Below, piece by piece: positions 24,862 through 35,257 of a stretch of 64,000 nt of DNA. Under the pieces are notes generated by a model, which ran no database searches, was not told the DNA's origin, and saw nothing but the letters and a program-made list of their open reading frames with translations. The first letter of the stretch is position 1, and the number at the start of each line of letters is the position of its first letter. The DNA is from Paragordius varius. Its lineage: Eukaryota; Animalia; Nematomorpha. Position numbers and translations under genes: made by a program. Location: NCBI GenBank assembly GCA_964247055.1, contig OZ176053.1, positions 6,696,001-6,760,000 of the forward strand, in the 5' to 3' direction.

Positions 24862-25049
24862 CAGTATGAGTAAGTATACATTGCTAATATTAATTTCCAA
24901 ATAGCATATACAACAAAGGGCAGTATTATTGGCCTTTAGTTATTTTTCCCTTTGTAACATAATTAGCCAATGAAAACTCTCTTTGCTGCATATACTATTT
25001 GGCAATAATAAAGAACTTTCTAGCAATATATGTATACTTATTCATACTG
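24862..25049. mobile_element. Tc1/mariner-type MITE (TA-CAGT…ACTG-TA)
   Basis: ~27-bp TIRs plus an internal inverted pair; TA on both sides. Confidence 0.8.
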
Positions 25050-25161
25050 TATATTAAAAAAATTTAACAAGTATAGCGGCGATCTTTTGAAAAAAATATA
25101 TCTTCTTTATTATTTTACATTTCGACTGTTATAACTGTCAATTTTCAATATAAATTAAATA

Positions 25162-26712
25162 TTATACGCATAGACAATCTTCGACTGATAAATCAACTTC
25201 GTAATATCGAGTCTTTTGGCATACTATAACGTTGCCGATCGTACGGTGTTTACGTTCACAACTTGAAGATCTATTTTATTTATTATTATATAAGAATAAA
25301 GAATTAAAATTTAAATTAATTCTTCGGATATAACGGATCAATTAAATTGATTGTTTTAAATTCATCCTAAATTAGTTTTAATCATTGGTCTCTTATTGTA
25401 TTTATATAGTCAAACTTAATTGGATTATTATATAACTGAAGAAAAACATAAGATATTTTTAGATTAGTCGGGGTGAAGTAGTTTATGTTTTCGACAAATT
25501 ATTTCGTTAATATTTAAAATAATGTGTTAATTTAATATTTAATCGCGAGTATTTAGTTGAACTTGAGATATCTGATAATTATAAATGAAATTTGCTAAAA
25601 ATTGTGCATAATATGACACAAAATCAAATAAGTTTTGAAATACATACCGTTGACATGAAACCCATTTAATGTCTTGACGGAAGGTCGGCGTGTTTACAAT
25701 GTATACCAAACCTCGGACCGGATGGTCAAAGCATCTCACATCAACCACACTTTCAATACAATTTTCTCCATATCTGCAAGAGGGGATAAACATCAATTTT
25801 TAAAACTTTAATATAAAGTTTATACGTTGTATAATGGTATAATTTTTATAATTATAAGGGTAGGTATCGTTTTTAACTTATGACCTGAAAATCTGGTATC
25901 ACTTTACATAATATGATGTGCTTATTACAATTAAAATAAACTTTAGCAATTTATGATTTCCTTAATTTTTGGAAGATCTTAGGTTGATAATTGTTTAATT
26001 ACCATAAAAATATGATTATAAAAGTATAAATAAAATTATTTTTTGTTATGATTATTAAAAAAATATTTAGTATTATATATGATTAATTTTAAACTTGCTC
26101 AAATAATTAATAAATCATTTAGTTCAGGGGTGATCTCATTGCCGCTGCTTTGATAATTTTTGGTTTTTTATTTATGTATGATATATCTTTTAAATAATCT
26201 TAAATTTTTGAATAAAATCAAATTTTTCATTTTTTTAACATTCTTAAAGGACCTTCGCGTACCAAAAAAAACGTGTTGGATTCCTGATTTAGTGTTTTCT
26301 ACTTATTTCGAATATTAATAAATTCATATTATAAAGGCTTCAAATTTGACTTATTTGTTGGAAAATTAACACATTTAAGGCGCTAGTTCAGTTAATTATT
26401 TATATGGTAACTAAGTTACTCGGAACATATGTCATACGAATTGACTTGGGATCTTCTACTAATTTGTCCAATGTCTCTATCCCATTGACTAAAAAAGAAG
26501 CATGTCAAAAATCCATATAATTTATATTTTAATAGTATATGATTGTAACTTTTGGAAGGTATTTACTTTCGATACGAATTATATCCTAAACAGTTGCTGC
26601 GCCCTTCAGTTTCATTTGATATCTTTATGGGATCAATTTTCTCGATCGCGATGCTAAAACATCCTTTCAAGGTGACACAAATCAGGAACGTGAATAAAAT
26701 TATTTTAACCAT
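25162..26712 (-). CDS. Secreted cystine-knot protein B (NGF/Spaetzle-type spacing), 126 aa, 3 exons
   Basis: Exons 26712-26567, 25773-25648 and 25270-25162 with canonical GT-AG phase-2 introns; signal-like MVKIILFTFLICVTLKGCFS; ends VEDCLCV*; clear paralogue of 27250-29864. Confidence 0.85.
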
Positions 26713-27249
26713 TTACTTAGAATTTCAATACAATTATTATATTATAATGTTTTTTGATTCAAACAAAAAGGTTGAGTAAGTTTTTTTCGTACTATATATA
26801 GTCTCGTAAATTTGTTCAATGATAATGATAACAATATAACGGGAAAGGATGTTTCTCATAAATATTAGATAAATTATGACAGATACATATGTATAGTATA
26901 ACTTTACAATGATATGTTTTGAATTCACATTACATAAGATCAAGTACAAGTTTGGCATTTCACGATTCAAGGACAAATATGGTTTTAACATTTTAACCAC
27001 CAAAGTTAACACAACACAGAGCAATAGATTGAATTTGGAATTAATTCTAATCAATTAAAAATATATGTACAGGGTAGACATCTATATATATGCCCAAAAA
27101 ATTAAGGTTGTCAAATAGGTATGTCTAAAGTTAACAAATATAGTAGTTGTTAAAAGGAAATGGATCAAAAAGCTTTAATATATATAATAAATATAACGTA
27201 TAAAACACTAAGATTTCATTTAAAACTAATTTTTTTTATCTTATCAATC

Positions 27250-29864
27250 ATGCTGTTTTGTACAACAAAATCTTTGTTATTCATAACATCCTGCCTTATT
27301 GTGGTAACGTATACCGAACTCCCCATGAACATATATCAGATATCTGCCGTTTATAAATTGGGGTCCCAGGCTAACGAGGGGCGAACAAATTGTCCTTATG
27401 TTAAACAACTTGAAAGGTATTTTTAACATTTATATTATGAAAAAGAATAATGCAACTTTTTTTTCGTATCGAATCAATTAAAAAAATTTAAATTTGAACT
27501 ATAATAATGTGAAAGGCATTGAAAAATTGGATTAAGTTTAATCTTGTCGCTAATTATGCAACTTTTGATAAATATATAATCCATTGATTGGTAATTAATA
27601 CTGTACATATGAACAATTTATGCACATCAAACCTTAGGAAAATTGGATTTATGAATTCTAACCGGATAGATTTTAACTCTTTACACATGGTAACGATTTA
27701 GGTAGAAAAAAGCGGTTATTTTTTTACAATTTAAAATTGACTGTCGTTTGTCTTATAAACATGGTCTAACATCTAATGCAAATGACTTAAATAATTAAAA
27801 TAATTTAACATAGTATTGGTATGGAAGTGGATAGTTTTTAATTGATTAAATGGCTAATGATGCCATTGATAATCTATCTCAGAATTAACAAACAACCTGT
27901 TCCTTTTGTACTTTTTAATATATAATGCGAATGTACGATCTTTTCACGACAATGTATAATGACATATACTGACTGTGTATTCAGGGTTTTAAAAAAATTA
28001 CCCCGAGAATGATAATATTTGGGTTTACCATGGTATACACCCGACTCCTAATAAAATTTCTATTGCATTTTAAAGGGCTTTATAACCCATAAATGATAAA
28101 GCTATCTGACTAGATAAAATGCCTGAACAAATGAAAAATAAATAAAACCTATTTAAAACAGGGGTGTTCAATACAAATGGCATAGCAGGCAGCATTTTTG
28201 ACTCAAAAAAATCGGCGGGCCGCATTGAATATTTATATATATATATATATATATATATAAGCCTTCATAAATATTATATTAGATTTCAAACATACTGTGA
28301 AATACAAACACAATGTAACGAATTTTCTAGTTCGTTGTTGCCAATTGAATAATAGCCTTATTCAAAATTTGTATAATATAAACATTCTTAGATTTTATGA
28401 ACATATACTTTCAAATTATTAATTCAAAATTTTTAACGGGCCGCACAAATTGTCTCGAAGGTCCGCATGCGGTCCGCGTACCGCGTGTTAGACACCCCTC
28501 TCTAAACATTAAAGCATAAAGCGTATTTTTATAGTTATTTACAATGGACAAAAAAATTCAAAAATTTATTTTCTCGGATTTATTTTTCTGCAAAAATGGC
28601 ATTTTACGGGGACGGATAAATAGAGCGTCTAATTCCAAATCGGGCATTTATAAAGTGATTTAAAAAAATAAAAATTTCACCCTTTTGGGTTTGATAAGGA
28701 TTGCACGTTTCCCGGATGTTAAATTTTTCCAAGGAAATTGTTTTTTATCAAAATAAATTTTATATAATATTCATGCAGCGAGTGGAACAAACAATTTACC
28801 AAGAATCTGAGTGATTCAGACGAAAAACCATCAATGATTGCGCGAAGATCCTGTAATAAGTAAGATTTAAATTTCCCGTAAAATAATAATAATAATAATA
28901 GAATCTTTTCCTGTTGAATAGCATTCGTTCAAAATATAGCATATAAATCTTTTTAAAATTCTCTTAAATTAAATTATTAGACTGAATTTGCAGTCTGAAA
29001 TTTAATTTTCCAAAAAGTTTTGGTAAATCACAATTTTTAATTTATATAAATCTTTATTTTAGTCTGGGCGCACCTGAATTATGACAATGTTCTAATTAAA
29101 TTGTTTTTTAAGTTAGCAAACTAAAAATTAGACCATAACAAAACGACTTTATTATGAAAAACAAAACTAATTTTTTTAAATTAATAACTATTTTGAATTT
29201 TGTTTATGCGTTTTGCTATTCATCTTTCTTACCTTTTACTAAATTATTAAAAATAATAAGATTTACGTCTTCCCTTCATGTCCGCGCTAAGCATATTTTT
29301 AAGCTAATTTTTTTTTGAATTTGTAGAATATCTCCAAAAAATAAAGAAATTTTCTCTTATTTATTTTAAACATATTTAGATTTAGTAGTGGATCTTGTGA
29401 TGTTGATGTAGTACATGTAAAATGTTTTAATCATCCGGTTCATGGGTTACTTTATGTATTAAATACTCATTTTTTCCGACAGGAAGTTATATGGGCATCT
29501 TGTAAAAAGTAAGATTTTAGCTATATTATACCATTTTTCCTTCTAAAGTGTCCTTCAAATTAGCATTAAAACATTTATACAGTTTTCTTAAAAACCTCTG
29601 GCCCTTTACACAAGGGTCCCACTCGAAGTGTTAAAAGACACTCTTGAAGTGCAAATGAGTTATGCACAAAAATGTTAAAATCATGATTATAATAATTATT
29701 AAACTCTTTCTTTTAGCCCAAACGAACCGTGCCAAAGATATGACACAGAAACTGGAACGAATTGTGTCCAAACATTTTGTTCACTAAAAAATGTTTTAGT
29801 TACGAACGGTAAAAAATATTTTTGGATACCACTTCATGTGGAAGATTGTGTATGCTCCAAATAA
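27250..29864 (+). CDS. Secreted cystine-knot protein A (neurotrophin/Spaetzle-like), 147 aa, 3 exons
   Basis: Exons 27250-27416, 29380-29508 and 29717-29864; signal-like N-terminus; six knot Cys spaced 34/6/10/27/1 (NGF: 42/9/11/27/1); NGKKYFWIPLHVEDCVC resembles NGF DGKQAAWRFIRIDTACVC. Gene structure is more certain than the family call. Confidence 0.85.
28159..28500. mobile_element. hAT-type MITE in intron 1 of cystine-knot gene A
   Basis: CAGGGGTGTTCAA…TTAGACACCCCTC with GCGGGCCGC motifs; TSD not clean. Confidence 0.7.
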
Positions 29865-29923
29865 ACTTATTTTAAAAATAAATTAAAAAATGTTTAATTT
29901 TATTATATTGCATATATACTAAT

Positions 29924-31309
29924 TTATTCATTTGCATTGGCATTCGAAACATTTGTGGCATATGTGGATTTCGTGAGTGATAAAATACTGCCTTTTCGCA
30001 CAATACCAAGCGTTTGTCGCAACGCATTACGAATATTTCGATCAAATGACATATATACATAAAAGTTTAGGGTATAAAAAGAAAGTTCCAAGAAGTCAGA
30101 AATACTGATGATAGAATCTTCTTCAATGGCCGCTGCGATTACAACTATGTTTGGAGTTTCTAGGAATAAATACATGGTGAAATAGATGAGGGCTGATATA
30201 TTTCGTGTATACATTTTGTTAGTTTTCTTTGGAGTGATTACAGTGCGATTCCTTTCAGTACTTAAGTTTGATGGGGTTAAATGTTTTGGACTATCATTTG
30301 CTTTTGGTTGATTTTGATTAAGATTTAGTGTGTTTCTGGTGCTTGATTGAGACATCTGTGGAAATGTTTTTCGCGTTGTTTTGCGCAGACTGTACCTCAA
30401 CAAATAAAATGTTATACCAGTACCAAATACTAAAATGCAAACCCCAGGAATGCCTGATAATATGACCATACGTGCAACATCGTATTTCTTTATCCATGGA
30501 ATATCCGTAAAAGTATTGTAATATCTGGTGGACACTGCAAATTTAAATGATTTATTCGTTGACATTACATCACAAAAGAGTGAAGCATTTAAACCGGTTG
30601 GATAAGATTTAATCATTTCTGACTTCGTGGGTTGTATAAATAGGCATTCATTAGTTTCATACCAAAAATAACTGCTAAAACTGGCACCAATTGATAAAAT
30701 AATGAAAAATGTACAGATTAGTATTAAAGGATTCAAACATGATGAAAAACTAGAGCGTGGGTTTAGCATACGCTGTATAAAATTGGTGTATCTCAGGGAG
30801 CTGTGTAGCAAGAAAAAACGGTCAGCCAGTAAAAGTGCCAACATAAAAATGGAGCCTGCAAAACACCCATTAAGTATTATAAGGACATATCGGCCCCTAA
30901 ATATCAACCAATTCCTATGAACAACTAAATCAACCCTTGTATACTTGCGTATATCATCGGCTAAAGTCATGGTTGCCATACAAATGGTTATGAGATTCAA
31001 GACCGCAATAATTTGTAAAAGTGTATAATATATCTTATTGTTGTTACTGATGTATGTGGTGCGAGAACTTGTATCAGAATTTCCACTTGCACCAGATGAT
31101 CTACCCCGTTTCATTTGTCGAATGAGATAAAGACCCATGAGATTGCCCACAGCACCGATAACTAAAAAAATGGGCGTTATAATAATGTACAAAATGACGG
31201 AATAGTCACGAAACGATGTAGCAGCCTTATCCCTATTACATAGGAGGGTGTCGTTTTCAATGTCATCTTTGCGACAAACATTTTGGTAAATTTCGTACAA
31301 TTTTGACAT
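29924..31309 (-). CDS. Intronless class A GPCR, orphan peptide-receptor type (FMRFamide/myosuppressin-receptor-like motifs)
   Basis: 461-aa ORF with 7 hydrophobic segments; TM1 GN, TM3 DRF, TM6 ETP, TM7 LNFYVY. Confidence 0.9.
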   Translation of the reverse strand: MSKLYEIYQNVCRKDDIENDTLLCNRDKAATSFRDYSVILYIIITPIFLVIGAVGNLMGLYLIRQMKRGRSSGASGNSDTSSRTTYISNNNKIYYTLLQIIAVLNLITICMATMTLADDIRKYTRVDLVVHRNWLIFRGRYVLIILNGCFAGSIFMLALLLADRFFLLHSSLRYTNFIQRMLNPRSSFSSCLNPLILICTFFIILSIGASFSSYFWYETNECLFIQPTKSEMIKSYPTGLNASLFCDVMSTNKSFKFAVSTRYYNTFTDIPWIKKYDVARMVILSGIPGVCILVFGTGITFYLLRYSLRKTTRKTFPQMSQSSTRNTLNLNQNQPKANDSPKHLTPSNLSTERNRTVITPKKTNKMYTRNISALIYFTMYLFLETPNIVVIAAAIEEDSIISISDFLELSFYTLNFYVYMSFDRNIRNALRQTLGIVRKGSILSLTKSTYATNVSNANANE

Positions 31310-33490
31310 GACGAGTTTAAAAAAATTACATTTAAATAATAAATCCTAATATTATAAAACAAATTAAATCCCATATAACCACAAAATCAAGAAAGGAAAC
31401 TATTTTGGAGAAGGTTTAAGCACGGAATGTTTGTGACCTTATTAAAGAATTAATGATGCTTTTAAAAATAATTCTATTGTCAAGGTTTAATTCCATCTAC
31501 AAAATACATATTTTATCAATAATTTCGCAAATTTTTACAAAAAATGCTTTATAATATTAAATTACCTACGTACAATTATAATAATGAAAAGGTATCTTAG
31601 AATTAATAACTATAAGTAGCGTAATCTAATCTTATCTCTGCCATGTTGATAAATCGGTTTAAACCCTATATATATTTTGTGGCTAGGGAATAAATGATTG
31701 CGCTTTAATTAGCCTAATGTTATATTTGTACTACTTGCTTAGCATTTGGTATACTCTCAAAAAAGATATGACCATATTTTTGTCTTTGGTCGAATTGAGA
31801 AATCGCTTTTCCTGCTATTTTAGTTGGTATTAAAATAATATATGCATGATTAAAATAATTTGTTTATTGGTTACCTACTACAGATTATGGATAAATGGCA
31901 TAGAATATTCTTTTTTTAGGTTGTATATTTTTTTATTTGACTATTAAGTTCAGGCGCAATTAAAATATCGAGATGATCAAAACTTCATATTTTTTTTTAA
32001 TTTATTAAATACCATTTGGACTATGAAAATGTCCTTGAACATCCGTAATTTTTAAATTTTGCACACCATAATTTTAATTTGAATTAATATATATTTATAA
32101 TATCTTTATTAATTAATATTAATTCTAAATTTAAATTTTATAAAAAACCTTTTTTGTTTCGAATTAATTTTTTCCAATTTACCAATATTGAACCTATTAA
32201 TGTTTTAAAAAACTAAATATTACAAATTACCTATAAAATATATATTTTTTCCTAAAATAATTACAATATTTTTTAAGAATGAGTTGATATTGATATAAAA
32301 GTTTAGGTAAATAATGAGAATAGATTAAAAAGGATATATATTTTAATTATATAACTTGCTTGAAGACACTTTCGAAAATGGTATATTACTAACAAAAAAA
32401 TAAAAACCAAATTCTAAGTTTATTAAGTTGTAATTACATATTTTGTATAAATTTATTCCATGTTTTACCATACTATAAGTATATAGAGTTTTTACTAAGC
32501 TAATCCAAATTTAATAACAAACAAACTTTCAATTTAAAGTTCTGAGAGGTGATAGAAATGTTCAGCATCATCACATTATATAAAAAAATTGTTTATTTAA
32601 TATTTAAAAACATATACTGTTACCACCCTTTAAAATGCCCATGAACTAGTTTCACCAAAAATCTTGCTACATTTTAAAATTTTAAGCAAAATAATAATTT
32701 TCGGAAAGTTAAAATCAAAAAAAAATTTTTTTGCTTTATTTGTAGAGTATGATATATTTTGGTATTATTTTTTATGGAGCTAGTTATCATCAAAAAATAT
32801 AACTGGTAATCTTGGCATTTTCTGATATGCCTTACCATACATATTCCTATCATATAGATATTTCATCAGGATATTTTTTGTGCCCTTTTTTAGTGTAATA
32901 CGCAGAACATTTCTAGCACTCAGAATTCTAATTTATAGGTTTGTTTCAAACTTCGGTAAATCTTTGTAAAAAACAATATATATAACATAAATTTGAAGGC
33001 GAACAAATATTTTATCGAATTTCTGAGGTAATCACCATTATTAATAATATAGAAAAGGTATTATAGCATCTTAAAGCATGTTTATAACGGTTTCATCATG
33101 CTCTAAAATAGAATGAAGTATGCTTCAACACAGTTTTGTTAAAGTATGTACTTTCTTTAACTACGCATTTTTTTCATATATATTTTTGTTGCTATAATCT
33201 AGCATATACACAAAAAAATAAACTGATGAAATATATCATGATGCATTTGGTAACCCTTACAGGTGATTTAAGAAAACTAACACTTTTGTGGCAAGTGTTT
33301 ATATCAGAAAATTGCAAAATTTCCCCACATTTTTAAAATAATTTTTTTTTATGACGGCTAAATGCTTCATTTCTAGAATATCACTTAAATACATCACAAT
33401 TATAAAGAGTGAAACAATATTATACATTATAATTAGACGTGGGCTACGAAAATCCCAAAATTTTTGCTATTCTTAAATGCGCTTATTTAA

Positions 33491-34066
33491 CACTTTGATT
33501 CAAATTGGGGTATCTAAATACCCCATACTAAATCTGAGTTAGGATTTTTAAAAAACTACTGAAGGTAACGGTCCTAATTTAAATTTATGCTTCTATTCTA
33601 ATAAAAATTATATATATATGGCAAAATATCTAAATTAAATTTTGTTTTGAAAAAAAAGTTTCATGTCCAACTACTTCGACGCCATTTTTAATTTATAAAA
33701 TTTTTGCAAAATATCGTCGATATTAAATTTTAAGGGTAAAATTAAAGCTAATTTTTTATTTAAATTCCATTTAACATTGATAATAATAAAAAAGGCGGTT
33801 TATTTTGTTTTTTTTGTTTTACCATTGCACACATGTCACGTTGACTAAATTTTTACCTTTCGGTTTTAGCTTAAAATAAATAATATCAAGTATTTTTGAA
33901 TAATTATTTTATATATTTCGGTTAATTAATGTTATACAAGTGCAAAATTTTGCAATGGTTTCGATTCCTCTCATATTTTTTAAAAAGTTTAATTTAAACA
34001 GGTTTGGGGTATTTAACTACCCCAATTTGAATCGAAGGACTAAAATGGATGCGTTGTATCCAAGTG
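33491..34066 (+). mobile_element. piggyBac-like non-autonomous element, copy 1
   Basis: TTAA|CACTT…AAGTG|TTAA with asymmetric subterminal inverted repeats (ATTCAAATTGGGG). Confidence 0.85.
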
Positions 34067-35257
34067 TTAAAATAACCGCATAAATGCAAAGTTTTCGCGA
34101 TAATTTTTAAATATATGCTAAATTTTGACATCAAAAAAATATTTTTTTTAAAAACATACTCTTAGTAAATTCAATTTTTAGCAAAACTTGGTTGTGTACT
34201 TCCCATTATTTTTGGGCATGTTGAAAACGGTATTAAAACACTTTAATATACTATAAAAAACACTTTTGTTTTATAATTTGATGATGCTGAACATTTCTAT
34301 CACCTCAAAATTTTGTTTTATTCTTTTGCAAATTTTTGTCAAAAAATTGTGTTTTTATAATTTATTAAAAGAAAACGAACCTTTAAATTAAAATTCTAAA
34401 GCGACAGAAATGTTTAATATCAGCAATAATATAGAAAAAGTGTTTTTTAATATCTAAAGCGTTTTTATATCGTTTTTATTTCTAAAAAAAGGATGAAAAT
34501 TTATAATAAAGGTATTTATTTTTTTAAAAATATTTTCTTGTCCAAATTTATTGTGCAATCCTAGCTTTTATTATGAAAGATCCTCTTTTAGAGAAGTAAA
34601 AAAATATGGGACTGTCGGAAATATTAAATTATTTTTTTAGTTTTTATAACTAGTTTATGATATATTTCAGTGATATTTTTTGAGAAGCATCCAGCCTTCA
34701 TCAAAAAATATTATTCAAAAAATGGGCGCAAAATTTGTCATTTTCTGGTATAAACATCCAAAAAGTCTAATTAACTTTCTTATATCCCTCGTCCGGTCCA
34801 GAACAAAAATGTGAATGAGAATACCGATACGGTTTCCTATCAGAAAATATATTTTTCATCAGTTTATTTTTTTACATCCTTCAAATTTCGGACGTAGTGT
34901 TTATTACAAAATTTTATCGCGAAATCTCGGCATTTTGCGTTTATTTTAAAAGAACTCCGTTTTCGAAGGGCAGAAATATTTGAGACATTCAGAGCTCGAT
35001 CTGAAATTTAAGATTTTAACAAAATCTGCGTAAATTTTTCCATTTGATATGAAGGAATTGCCTCTAAATATAACTAAAGAAATCATATCGAACAAAACCA
35101 AATAAACTAAAATAATCCTGACTGTCATGTCATCAGGAGATATATATATATATATAAATATGTTTATTTATATATACATTTAAAATATATTTTCTCAGCT
35201 CTAAAAACATAATTCTATACCAATTAAGCTTATGATATACAATTTTAAGCGCAACCC

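Noticed and set aside
26737-27054. 105-aa hydrophobic ORF between the paired genes
   Set aside because: AT-driven Ile/Leu/Tyr composition, no motif, and a TTG start.
25162-31309. GPCR as the receptor for the adjacent cystine-knot pair
   Set aside because: GPCRs for cystine-knot hormones (LGRs) need a large leucine-rich ectodomain; this receptor has an N-terminus of only ~35 aa. Adjacency is the only link.
34550-35130. Coding-like island divergent from MRPS17 (RKRSS…KC…FCNKHYV…FCSGP, faintly TGF-beta-like)
   Set aside because: Every frame has several stops, and I could not build a consistent exon chain.
32850-35140. Other CTGATGA hits (about 32865, 33225, 34858, 35132) as hammerheads
   Set aside because: None has a stem II followed by GAAA and a cleavage triplet.
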